Assembly: GCA_965552055.1 (NCBI GenBank)
Contig: CBEVQO010000005.1
Coordinates: forward strand, 79,597-143,596
DNA: 64,000 nucleotides
Direction of reading: 5' to 3'
Source: an uncultured bacterium
Lineage (GTDB): Bacteria > Hydrothermota > UBA3073 > NMUJ01 > CBEVQO01
Shown in pieces: positions 9,213 through 19,100 of the stretch. How positions within the stretch are numbered: position 1 is the first letter of the stretch; every line of letters starts with the position of its first letter. Under the pieces are notes generated by a model. That model was not told the origin of the DNA, did no database searches, and was given only the letters and a program-made list of their open reading frames with translations. A program made the position numbers and the translations under genes.

Positions 9213-10766
9213 ATGATGAGGATAGGTGTTAAATTCATAATTGTAGGAATTGCTATAATTCTCGGTATCTGGCAGTTATCTTATACTTTCAAATATTATA
9301 GAATGTCGGAGAAGCAAAAAGAATATTTGTTGCCACAGGAATTAAAAAACATTGAAAAAAGGGCTATAAAATTGGGTCTTGATTTAAAAGGAGGAATGTA
9401 TATTGTGCTAAGGGCTCAGGTTGAGAAACTGTCTCCCAATGAGCGTGCAGATGCAGTTGATAGAGCGTTTGAGATAATAAGAAATAGAATAGACCAGTTT
9501 GGGATAAGTGAACCCCTTATTGCAAAGGAGCCCCCTGACAGGATTGTTATACAATTGCCTGGCGTTATTTCCCGTGAGACAGCAAGGGATATTTTACAAA
9601 AGACAGCACAGCTTGAATTTAGACTTGTAGAAAGACCTGAGAAACAGCGAAAAGTATTGGAGCAAATTGATAAAGTGATTTATGAAAAAGAGTTGAAAAA
9701 AGCAGGTGGAGACACTTTTGCGGTAATACCAAATCCTGTTACATCGCTGTTTTACAGAGGATTCTTTGTAAGAGAAGAAGATGTTCCTTTGCTTAAAAAA
9801 TATCTGGAAGATGAAGATGTAAAAAAGGTAATACCCGAGGATTGTGAATTTTTGTTCTCTATTCCTGACAAACTGGATGATGTAATGGTTAGGGAAGTTT
9901 TACTTACGAAGAAAGAGCCTTGCTTAACAGGTGATGCCATAAAGGATGCGCGCCCTGGTATCGGGACTGCTCGCGACCCACTTACTCCCCGTGTTGATTT
10001 AACTTTGCGTCCAGAAGCTCGCAGAAAATGGGCAATAGTAACGGGAGCAAATGTTGGAAGGAGAATAGCAATAGTGCTCGATGGAGTAATACAATCAGCA
10101 CCCCGTGTTATTGAAAGGATAGTAACAGGTAGATGCATGATAGAAATGGGTGGAGCTACTGCGGATGATGCGACATATCTTGCCAAGATTATAAGAGCAG
10201 GTGCTCTGCCCGTTCCGTTGGAAATCGAAGAAGAATTTATCGTTGGTCCTACACTTGGTCGCGATTCTATAAAAGCAGGGATAAAGTCGATTTATATAGC
10301 TTCTGTGATAGTGATTTGCTTCATGTTGATTTACTATGCTGCATCCGGATTGATCGCGAATTTCGCGCTTTTCCTGAACATATTACTTCTGCTGGCTGTG
10401 CTTGCAGGGTTAAAGCTTACCCTTACACTCCCGGGTATCGCCGGAATTGTTTTGACTGTTGGTATGGCAGTAGATGCTAATGTTTTAATTTTTGAGAGAA
10501 TAAGGGAAGAATTGAGAGCGGGCAGGACGATAAAAAGTGCACTTGATGCAGGCTATTCAAATGCTTTAAGAACGGTAGTCGATGCGAACATCACTACACT
10601 TTTGATGGCACTTTTACTGTGGTGGAAAGGAAAAGGACCTATAAAAGGCTTTGGCGTTACACTAACATGGGGAATTTTGATAAACCTGTTTACCGCAGTA
10701 TTTGTGACAAAGACAATATTTGACTTTTTCGTAACCAAATTAAAGGTCAAAAAACTATCAATATAG
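9213..10766 (+). CDS. secD: Protein-export membrane protein SecD
   Basis: An N-terminal TM helix is followed by LGLDLKGGMYIVL, a periplasmic domain, and a C-terminal six-TM SecDF membrane domain. No adjacent secF. The start is uncertain (9183, 9213 or 9216 ATG). Confidence 0.85.
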   Translation: MMRIGVKFIIVGIAIILGIWQLSYTFKYYRMSEKQKEYLLPQELKNIEKRAIKLGLDLKGGMYIVLRAQVEKLSPNERADAVDRAFEIIRNRIDQFGISEPLIAKEPPDRIVIQLPGVISRETARDILQKTAQLEFRLVERPEKQRKVLEQIDKVIYEKELKKAGGDTFAVIPNPVTSLFYRGFFVREEDVPLLKKYLEDEDVKKVIPEDCEFLFSIPDKLDDVMVREVLLTKKEPCLTGDAIKDARPGIGTARDPLTPRVDLTLRPEARRKWAIVTGANVGRRIAIVLDGVIQSAPRVIERIVTGRCMIEMGGATADDATYLAKIIRAGALPVPLEIEEEFIVGPTLGRDSIKAGIKSIYIASVIVICFMLIYYAASGLIANFALFLNILLLLAVLAGLKLTLTLPGIAGIVLTVGMAVDANVLIFERIREELRAGRTIKSALDAGYSNALRTVVDANITTLLMALLLWWKGKGPIKGFGVTLTWGILINLFTAVFVTKTIFDFFVTKLKVKKLSI

Positions 10767-10777
10767 AAGGAGGAAAA

Positions 10778-11854
10778 TTGAAAAAATTTTTAATTTTAGT
10801 GCTGTTACTTGGTGGATGTGTAATTATGGTTACAGAGAATTATTATCCTGAGATACCTTCTGAGGAAAGTAAATCAGCTGGTTTTACAGAAGTTAATTAT
10901 GAATTTTCGGTTAAAGCAGAAGACCCTGATACCGATGATGTATCTGTTAAAATGGATTTCGGGGATGGCACTGTAACCGAGTGGTCTCCCTATAAACCGA
11001 GTGGCTCAATTTTTACATTTTCACATACTTATCACTCTTCAAACCTTTATATCATTTACATAAAAATTAGAGACGAATGGGGGAATGAAACCGACTGGAA
11101 CAAATTTAAAGAATTTAAAGTTTACGATGTGGATAAAAAAATAATGCCTTCCTCTGGATTCGCAGGTGTTACTTATAATTTTCAATTCGCAATAATAGAT
11201 CCAGTAGGAGAAATAATAACGCTTTATGTTGATTGGGGAGATAACGATAGCACGACTGTTTCACAATTCGTTGATAATGATTTTAATTTATCTCACAGGT
11301 ATATGAAAAAAGGAAACTATGAGATTAAAATAAGGATAGAAGATAGTGAAAACAATTTAACGGAGTGGTATACTTTACACAATTTTTCTGCATTTGGCTA
11401 TGTAATCAAACTAACATGGGGTTCTGTTCCATCTGACCTTGATGCATATCTATTTTTACCTTCAGGAGATACCGTTTATTATGGTAATACGGGGGATACT
11501 GCGTGGTATCCTTATGCTTTGCTGAAGGGTGATGTAAGTTCGGGCTATGGTCCTGAAGAAATTGTAATATCGGCGCTGGTATCCGGTGATTATATTTTTG
11601 CTGTTAAGGATTATTCAGGTGATGGTACAATAACCCAATCAGGTGCACATGTAGATGTTTATTATACAACTGATCTCACAACACCTGTTTATCAATTTGA
11701 TGTGCCCAATGTTGACAGCGAACCTTTCTGGTGGTGGATTGTATTTGAGATAGATGGGACAACAGGACAAATCACAGAATTAAATTATGTTCAAAATGCG
11801 GGTCCTGTTAAGAGAAAAAAATTCTTGACAAGTGCATATTGTGGTTATAAATAA
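10778..11854 (+). CDS. Lipoprotein with PKD-like repeats and a PPC (pre-peptidase C-terminal)-like domain
   Basis: Lipobox LLLGGC. DFGDGTVTEWS and DWGDNDSTT motifs are typical of PKD domains. The C-terminal region (LDAYLFLPSGDTVYY...GDYIFAVKDYSGDG) is PPC-like. Confidence 0.55.
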   Translation: MKKFLILVLLLGGCVIMVTENYYPEIPSEESKSAGFTEVNYEFSVKAEDPDTDDVSVKMDFGDGTVTEWSPYKPSGSIFTFSHTYHSSNLYIIYIKIRDEWGNETDWNKFKEFKVYDVDKKIMPSSGFAGVTYNFQFAIIDPVGEIITLYVDWGDNDSTTVSQFVDNDFNLSHRYMKKGNYEIKIRIEDSENNLTEWYTLHNFSAFGYVIKLTWGSVPSDLDAYLFLPSGDTVYYGNTGDTAWYPYALLKGDVSSGYGPEEIVISALVSGDYIFAVKDYSGDGTITQSGAHVDVYYTTDLTTPVYQFDVPNVDSEPFWWWIVFEIDGTTGQITELNYVQNAGPVKRKKFLTSAYCGYK

Positions 11855-11860
11855 TGTTAA

Positions 11861-12055
<195 letters not shown>

Positions 12056-12056
12056 A

Positions 12057-12227
12057 ATGTCGATAGACCCTGATTTGTTGAAAATATTAGCATGTCCGAA
12101 ATGTAAAGGTGATCTGGAATACGATGAAGAGAACGATAGATTAATCTGTCGCAACTGCAAACTCGCATACAGGATAGAAGACGGGATTCCAATCATGCTG
12201 ATTGATGAAGCCGAGCAAATTGAGTAG
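12057..12227 (+). CDS. Trm112/YcaR (UPF0434) family small zinc-ribbon protein
   Basis: A 56-aa ORF that is not in the supplied ORF track because it is under 60 aa. It translates to MSIDPDLLKILACPKCKGDLEYDEENDRLICRNCKLAYRIEDGIPIMLIDEAEQIE, with the CPxC...CxxC pattern and the LxCP and GIPxML hallmarks of Trm112p-like proteins. Confidence 0.7.
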   Translation: MSIDPDLLKILACPKCKGDLEYDEENDRLICRNCKLAYRIEDGIPIMLIDEAEQIE

Positions 12228-12984
12228 AACCTACCAGCTGAACAAAGATAGATTCTTTTCATTTTTGCTAAAACTTTCTGAAGATTTTAAAATTTATTAT
12301 CCTGTTAAAATTAAAGATGGAATTTACTTTGAGAAATTTAAGCCCAACAAATCGCCCGAGCCTTATTTTTCAGGGATAAGAGCAGTTGAGCCTGTATCGA
12401 TTTTCTTCACGGGTAAGCCAGAAGAGAAAAGAATAATAATGGGTGTAAAAGCATGTGATATCGCAGGGCTTAGAGTTCTTGATAAAATAATAAAAGATGA
12501 AAATTACCATAAAATGAGGAAAGAAACAATTCTTGTGACAGCCGATTGCCCTTTTCCCGAGGAAACATGCTTCTGCAATTTAAGAGGAATAGAGCCATAT
12601 TGCGATGAAGATGCAGATATCGTAATAAGTCCCCTCGGAGATAGATATCTGTTACAGGCGATATCCGATAGGGGTAAAAAAATAATAGATAAAACAAAAA
12701 ATATCCTTTCAATAGCGACAGAAAGTGATATTGCAGAAAAATTAAGAATAAGAAAAGAAGCTAAAGAAAAACTAAAAGTCATAAATGAAAGAGAATTTAA
12801 AAGCATAAAAGAGAATTGTGTTCGGTGTTTCGGCTGTAGATATATCTGTCCTACATGTTATTGTGAAGAAAAAGTTTGTTCTTTTGAAGAGAGAATAGAA
12901 TGCAAAGCAGAGAATTGCACTGGCTGTGGAAGATGCATATCTGTGTGTCCAGGGATGCTCGATATAAGGAGTTATCTCAAATGA
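12202..12984 (+). CDS. HydB/AsrA-like iron-sulfur subunit (sulfhydrogenase beta-subunit family), short paralog
   Basis: C-terminal CVRCFGCRYICPTCYC and CTGCGRCISVCP ferredoxin motifs. The N-terminal region is colinear with the 19165 HydB-like protein. The start is uncertain because it overlaps the Trm112-like gene. Confidence 0.65.
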   Translation: MMKPSKLSRTYQLNKDRFFSFLLKLSEDFKIYYPVKIKDGIYFEKFKPNKSPEPYFSGIRAVEPVSIFFTGKPEEKRIIMGVKACDIAGLRVLDKIIKDENYHKMRKETILVTADCPFPEETCFCNLRGIEPYCDEDADIVISPLGDRYLLQAISDRGKKIIDKTKNILSIATESDIAEKLRIRKEAKEKLKVINEREFKSIKENCVRCFGCRYICPTCYCEEKVCSFEERIECKAENCTGCGRCISVCPGMLDIRSYLK

Positions 12985-14396
12985 AATGCAGGTTTTGTAA
13001 TCTCGGTTGTGAACTCGATTTAATAGATAGGGATAATAGAAAAATAATAAGTTATAAAGAACCACTTTGTCCAAGAGGAAATGCGATACCCTTATTACTT
13101 GAGTCAGAAAACAGGTTAAAAGAGCCAATTGTAAATGGTAAAGAGGCGAACTGGGAAAAGGCTTTGAGAGAAGTTTATTTGATATTGAAGTCCTATAAAG
13201 GTGATGAAATTGCGATAACTTTTGATATAGGGCTGAAGGACAAAGATTATGCTTTGTGTAGAGGATTCGCAAAATCTTTCAATGCAAAAAATGCTTCGTC
13301 ATTTTTGTCAGAAGAATATTATCTTAATTATTCAATAAAGGATGAAAAAAATGCAGGTCTTGAGGATGTAATAAAATATGAAAATTTTATCGTAATAGGG
13401 GATATTTTCTCTTATATTCCTAAGATTGCAAAGTATTTGATAAGGAAAAATCTTTTTGTCATTGACAGTTATTATTCTGCTGTTGCGAAGTTTTCTTCAA
13501 AATTTGTGAAAGTGAGAAATTGCACACAATCCATTTTTTTGATGGGATTACTTTCTTTAAAAAAGGAAATAGATGTTGATATTGACCTTATTTGTGATGT
13601 TTGTCAGGTAGATAAAAAAGCGATTCTGGATTTTTATAAAGGTTTGCAGAATAAAGATTTTTTGGTAATTTATGGCAGATGGTTTTTTAATTCATTAAAT
13701 CCCGTTTTTGATGCTCTATTTCCTCGCTATTTTGCGAAAAAATTTGGTTTTAAATCTTTCTGCATACATACAGAAAAGAGCCAAATAGGTGAAAATGATT
13801 TTGTCCAGATCTTAAAAGATATTGATGAAGGGAAGATAAAAGTTTTGATAAATTTTGGGGATACCCTTTCTTATTATCAGCAGTTGAAAAAATACTTTGA
13901 CAAACTTGAGCATCTTATTCTTATACAGACAGAAAGAACCGATTTAAAAGCAGATGTAATATTACCTTTGGAGGTTACCAGAATAATATCAGAATTGAGT
14001 TCCCGTTTGAATAAGAAAGTGGAAGAAGTTCCTTCAGGAAAAAAGGAGATAAAAGAAAGCGAGTTAGAAGAATATGGTAAAGAAGTTTTAAAAGGAGTTT
14101 TTCCCGATATAATATGCATTGACGATGCATATGGTTTTCGAAAAGTTTTTACAAGAAAAAACAGGATATTTTTATCTCCAACTTTTGCAAAGAAAAATGG
14201 AATAAGAAGAGAAGCGCTTTTAAAGACATCCAGAGGTGAATTTGAAGTGGAAGTTGTTTTCAAAGATGAACTGGAATCCGGAATTATAGTGGATACTTCC
14301 GATGTTTCCATCCGTAAATTTTTTGAAATGATGATTGACAAAGACAGGGATTTTGTAATATTTAAGATAGAAGGCTTTAAGTTATGCAAAAAGTAA
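12981..14396 (+). CDS. Molybdopterin-oxidoreductase (formate dehydrogenase alpha)-like protein, short and divergent
   Basis: The N-terminal Fe4S4 domain pattern is CRFCNLGCEL...(27 aa)...CPRG, and RLKEPIVNGKEANWEKAL matches the formate dehydrogenase alpha-subunit N-terminal region. At 471 aa it is much shorter than a catalytic FdhH/FdhA, and the distal part is low-complexity. Its start overlaps the upstream stop as ATGA. Confidence 0.5.
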   Translation: MKCRFCNLGCELDLIDRDNRKIISYKEPLCPRGNAIPLLLESENRLKEPIVNGKEANWEKALREVYLILKSYKGDEIAITFDIGLKDKDYALCRGFAKSFNAKNASSFLSEEYYLNYSIKDEKNAGLEDVIKYENFIVIGDIFSYIPKIAKYLIRKNLFVIDSYYSAVAKFSSKFVKVRNCTQSIFLMGLLSLKKEIDVDIDLICDVCQVDKKAILDFYKGLQNKDFLVIYGRWFFNSLNPVFDALFPRYFAKKFGFKSFCIHTEKSQIGENDFVQILKDIDEGKIKVLINFGDTLSYYQQLKKYFDKLEHLILIQTERTDLKADVILPLEVTRIISELSSRLNKKVEEVPSGKKEIKESELEEYGKEVLKGVFPDIICIDDAYGFRKVFTRKNRIFLSPTFAKKNGIRREALLKTSRGEFEVEVVFKDELESGIIVDTSDVSIRKFFEMMIDKDRDFVIFKIEGFKLCKK

Positions 14397-14755
14397 TTGG
14401 CATAAATTCTTCTCTTTGTATAGATTGTGGTTCATGTGAATCTGCGTGTTATTCTCGTTTTTATGAAAAGCGTCTTCACAGGAATTATCCCTGCAAGCAT
14501 TGTTCATCGCCACCGTGTGTAATTGTCTGTCCTACAGGTGCTCTTAGAAAGCAAAATGGAGTAGTTTATCTTCATAAATTTTTATGCGTGGGATGCAAAA
14601 GCTGTGTTTTTGCGTGTCCCTTTGGTGTGCTCGAGGATTTTGTGAATAAAGGGAGTATTCAGAAGTGTGATTTATGCAAAGATGAGGGCATGCCAAAATG
14701 CGTCGAAAGTTGCCCTACTTCTGCACTTTTTCTAAAAAATGAGGAAAAGATTTAA
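14384..14755 (+). CDS. HycB/HydN-like multi-cluster 4Fe-4S ferredoxin
   Basis: Four Cys clusters (CIDCGSCESAC, CKHC..PPCVIVCP, CVGCKSCVFACP, CDLCKD...CVESCP). Confidence 0.8.
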   Translation: MQKVIGINSSLCIDCGSCESACYSRFYEKRLHRNYPCKHCSSPPCVIVCPTGALRKQNGVVYLHKFLCVGCKSCVFACPFGVLEDFVNKGSIQKCDLCKDEGMPKCVESCPTSALFLKNEEKI

Positions 14756-15707
14756 AAAAAATACCTTCGAGAGAATTTTAACCCATTACACTTACAGACA
14801 GATACCCTTTTTATTGCAAAAAATATGCGGTAAACTGTCTTTTTCTTATTCTCTTTCTTTTTGTATTGCTGTGGAAAATATCATTGGTATAGAAGTGCCT
14901 TTAAGGGCGAAGTTTATAAGGACTATTTTTTCGGAGATTGAGAGGATAGAGTTTCATCTTATATGGCTTTCTTTTCTTGCGAAATTTTCTTTTTCTGAAA
15001 GAATTTTTTTAAAATTATTCTCTTTGCGCGATAAGATTAACGAATTGAAGGATTTTTTGTCAAAAGGTGTTGCGATAATAAACACGATCGGCGGGGTAAG
15101 GGTAGATATAGAAGCATGTGATGAAGTTTTTGTGAGTTTAAGAGAATTTGAGAGGAATTTTTCTATTGCAGTAGATTTTTTTAATAGCAATTTTTTCAGA
15201 AGATTATCGAAAGGTTTGGGTTTTTTAAGTCGAGAGATTGCCGAAAAATATGGTGTGAAGGGGGTAGTTGGCAGGGCGTCGTGCATCCGGGAGGATGCCA
15301 GAAAACATTGTGATTACGGGGTTTACGGGTTAATCGAATGGAATGTGGCAACTTGTGAAGGGGGAGATGTATTTTCGAGGACAAAAGTATTGATTCAGGA
15401 AATATTTGAATCTTTGAAAATCATAAATCAGTGCTTTAATAAAATCGAAGGGGAAAAAATTTGTGTAACGGTAAAAAAAATACCACCTGGAGAAGGCAAA
15501 GGGATAGTAGAATCACCTTTTGGTGAAATACGGCATTGTGTTTTATCCGATGGCTCAAATGTTCCTAAAAAATGTGAGATAATGGATGCTTATGAAAATA
15601 TGACTCCGTTGATGAAAGAGATAGTAGAAACCCGTGTTTATGAAGAGAAAATGTTAGCATTAAGTTCTTTTTATCCTTTCTTTTACTTTTATCGATATGA
15701 AATTTAA
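14739..15707 (+). CDS. [NiFe]-hydrogenase large-subunit (NuoD/HycE)-like protein lacking most Ni-Fe cysteine ligands and the N-terminal ~50 aa
   Basis: It is clearly homologous to the bona fide large subunit at 24876. Compare ICGKLSFSYSLSFCIAVENIIGIEVPLRAKFIRTIFSEIERIEFHLIWL with [49 protein letters not shown], and KIPPGEGKGIVESPFGEIRHCVLSDGSN with EVPPGEGIGTHEAPRGEVFHYVKSDGSN. In the RxCGxC motif only the first Cys is kept (CGKL), and there is no C-terminal DPCxxC. Confidence 0.6.
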   Translation: MRKRFKKNTFERILTHYTYRQIPFLLQKICGKLSFSYSLSFCIAVENIIGIEVPLRAKFIRTIFSEIERIEFHLIWLSFLAKFSFSERIFLKLFSLRDKINELKDFLSKGVAIINTIGGVRVDIEACDEVFVSLREFERNFSIAVDFFNSNFFRRLSKGLGFLSREIAEKYGVKGVVGRASCIREDARKHCDYGVYGLIEWNVATCEGGDVFSRTKVLIQEIFESLKIINQCFNKIEGEKICVTVKKIPPGEGKGIVESPFGEIRHCVLSDGSNVPKKCEIMDAYENMTPLMKEIVETRVYEEKMLALSSFYPFFYFYRYEI

Positions 15708-16107
15708 TGAAAAAAATTGTGTGGGTTGCGGTGTATGTGTGAGGATGTGTCCTTTTAATGCTCGTGAAATGTTCGATGATTTGGAAAATGGCATAAGGAA
15801 GCTTAAATTTTATCCCGAAAGATGCAGGAGATGTGGTTTATGTAAAGAAGTTTGTATAAATTCTGCAATAAATGAAGAAGGCGGAGTAGATGAAATTAAA
15901 AAAGAGTTAGTATTTTGTGATAAATGTGGTGCTGTTTTGACAACGCGTGCACATTTATTTTACATAATAAATAAGTTAAAAGAGAAGTATTATGCAAATC
16001 AAACTTTGAGGAGAATATCAGCGGAAAATATGGGAATTGAAACCAGAGATTTAAAACTTTGTCCTTTATGTTTAATGGAAGAGTATAAGAAAGTGAGGGC
16101 GATATGA
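15697..16107 (+). CDS. NuoI/HycF/MbhN-like 2x[4Fe-4S] subunit
   Basis: CVGCGVCVRMCP and CRRCGLCKEVC motifs. Its tail (CDKCGAVLTTRAHLFYIINKLKEKYY) parallels the 32889 NuoI-like protein (CDRCGEVISTKQHLLWLAHKLGEMAY). Confidence 0.75.
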   Translation: MKFNEKNCVGCGVCVRMCPFNAREMFDDLENGIRKLKFYPERCRRCGLCKEVCINSAINEEGGVDEIKKELVFCDKCGAVLTTRAHLFYIINKLKEKYYANQTLRRISAENMGIETRDLKLCPLCLMEEYKKVRAI

Positions 16108-19100
16108 AAAAATATTTGATTGTACTTTTTGTGTGTTTAAATGTAGAGGCGCTTACCCTTAAGAATCCATTTGACATGCCCAAAAAAGGCATCTGGTATC
16201 GCAAACCTGGTATAAAAGCGGTTGACGGGATAGGATTGATGGTGGGTTATCCTCTTTCTTCTGTTCGTATTTTTAAATATTCCCTTGGATATCAATTGAA
16301 GTATTTACCGATGCTTGGGGTTGGCTGTGCATTCTGGGAAGGGCTTTGTTACTATAATTATAGCGATTCCCTGTGCAGTTCGCTTTTTCCAGTGTATTTT
16401 TATCTGGTAAATGGTTATAGTCCTTATCGTGATAAGAAAGCAAAAGACTGGTCCTGCAGGCCTGTTCTTTACACCTATGTGTCTTTTTCCATGTGGTCAA
16501 GTTTGAGGTATCACAGCAAAAGGGATGGTGCTTTTATAAGAGGGGGACTTGCTTTAAGATGGAATTTTGGTACATTTTCTTATGGCTTGGAAGCGGGTGT
16601 GTTTAAAATATGGTCTAAAAATGGTTTTGATACCGGTATAAAATTTTATTTTGGATTGATAGGTGGCTGGGGTGGATGGCTGGGTCTTGGTGTTAAGAAA
16701 TTTTATCCTCCTAAATTTGTGCCAGAAGTTGTAATAGAAGATTCTACAGGAGATGGAGTTTTTACACCATCAGAGAAAGGAAAAATAATTTTAAAAGTAA
16801 AAAATGAAGGAAAAGGACCTTCTTTGAAATTGAAAATATTTCCCGAAATTTTAACAGAACAATTTAAAGATGCGATAAAGATAGGCAAATTTAAAATGGT
16901 TAAAAGAATAAAAGTGGGTGCTGAACATCAATGGGAAGTGCCTTTGCGAACAGAATGGTTTTTACCTGAGGGCGAATGTGAAATTGCATTTAAAGGTATA
17001 GATGCAAAGTTTAATAAAATGGAAGTGAGGACGAAAATCAGGGCACAGAGAACACCTCCTCCAGAGTTATATGTTGAATTCAAAGATAAAACAGGTGATG
17101 GAATTTTAACGGGAGAAGAATCAGGAGAGATAAAGGTGAGTGTGCAAAATGTTGCGAGAACAACCCTTTACGGCATAAAATTGATATGCCGTCCGGATAA
17201 AGATTTGCAAAAATATATTTCGGTTAAAAAATCGGTGGTAATAGGAAAATTATCACCCCGTAGAAGAAAAGAAGCAAAATTTGATTTAAGAAGTTTACAT
17301 TCATTACCAACGGGTGAATTTAAATTAACAATTGTTTGCAGGGATGCCCGTGGTAGAGAAAATAAAGAAGAGATTACTATAAAAACACAGAAATTACCTG
17401 CACCTGATTTCGAAGTAGAATTCGCCGACCCCAATAATTCAGGCTATCTTGAAGCAGGAGAAGAAGCAGAAATTTTGCTTAAATTTAAAAATAAATCAAT
17501 AGGCACTAATAAAAACATAGTTGTTAATCTATCTTTAAAAGAGAAAAAATTCGAAAAACATATTGAAATACCCGAAAAAGTGAAATGCGGAGATATATTG
17601 AGCGGTAAAGAAAAGAGGATACCCGTTAAAATAAAAGCTGGCTTTTATCTACCCGATGGTGAGATAACAATTGTTGCAAGGGGTAAAGATGACCTTGACA
17701 ATACTTTTGAAAAAGAGTTAAAAATAAGGACAAAGAGTGTGGTGCTACCGGAAATGATAGTAGAATTTAGGGACGAAAACAAAAACAGTGCACTTGAACC
17801 ATCTGAAAAGGGTAATATTTTTGTTGTTTTGAAAAATAGATGGGCGTTGCCGAATAGAGGTATAAAATTGAAATTGAATATTAAGGAGTTAAAATTCCAG
17901 AAAGAAATTATTTTGCAAAAGTTTATAAATGTTGGTACAATAAAACCGGGTGCTGTTTGCAGTACCAGGGCATTTATCGTTGCGAAGCCCACGCTACCGG
18001 AAGGCGAGTTTACGATAAAAATAGAAGGAGAAGATTTTAAAGGTAATAAATTTTCGAAAGAGATAACCATACCCACTCGAAAAATCCTTGCACCTGAGCT
18101 ATCCGTATCTTTTGCTGATGCATCCGGGGACGGTATTTTTGATGCAGGTGAAGAGGGGGTATTGAAACTGAAGTTGAAAAATGTAAGTGGATTAAAGCAT
18201 CAAGATGTTGTTATGGAAATAAAGGTAAAGGAACATAAATTTGCTAAAGATTTGAAGTTTCAGGATAAAGTGAATATGGGTGACCTTTTACCTGATGAAG
18301 AGAAGGAGAAAGAAATAAAGATAGTGGCTAAAAAATCTTTGCAATCAGGTGAATTTACTTTACTTATAAAAGGAGAAGATAAACTTGGTGTTAAATTTTC
18401 GGAAGAACTTACTATAAGAACAAAAGCACTTCCGCCTCTTGCGCTAACACCAAGATTAATAGATGAAAGGAAAGATGGTGTGCTTGAAGCAGGTGAGAAA
18501 GCAGAATTTCATCTCGAAATAACGAATTCAACTCCCGTTAAATTAACAGGGATAAAAGTTTATTTAATGCCCGATGTAAAGATAGCAAGGTATTTAAAAT
18601 TTGTAAAAAGCAAATCTGTTGGCTCAATGGAACCCGGTGCTACAGATAGCGTGAAATTACCGGTTAGAGCATTTTATAACATCAGGGAAGGAGAATTTCC
18701 TTTAACATTTAAAATCGAAACCGCAGAAGGAATAAAAGCCGAAGGGAAATACCTGTTGAAAACCAAAAAAGCGTATCCACCTGAAATGTATGTGAGATTT
18801 GAAGACGAATCAAAAGATGGTGTGCTTTCGCCGGGTGAAAAGGGAGAGGTAAAAATAAGTTTCAAAAATACATCTTTTGTAAGATTTTCAAATGTTAGGC
18901 TAACATTTAACATAAAAGAGATAAGATACAGGAAATTGGTAAAAATTCAATCTTCCAGAAAGATAAAGATAGAGCCACAATCTGAGGAAGAAATAGCAAT
19001 ACCTGTGAGCACGAAGAAAAAAATAAAAGAAGGACAATTTACCATCGCTATAGATTACGAGGATGAATTCCATCATAGAATAAAACGGGAAATAAAAATC

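Noticed and set aside
9184-9214. TTGACA...TATAAT promoter for secD
   Set aside because: The spacer would be 19 nt, unlike the 15-nt pattern elsewhere, and the -10 would overlap the only ATG that preserves SecD's required N-terminal TM helix. The real promoter is probably further upstream or within the trx divergent region.
12981-14396. Calling this gene a functional selenocysteine- or cysteine-containing formate dehydrogenase catalytic subunit
   Set aside because: At ~470 aa it is far too short for an FdhH/FdhA alpha subunit. The distal half is Lys/Ile-rich low complexity without the conserved Mo-binding segments. Only the N-terminal Fe4S4 domain and the first ~80 aa of the molybdopterin domain are recognisable.
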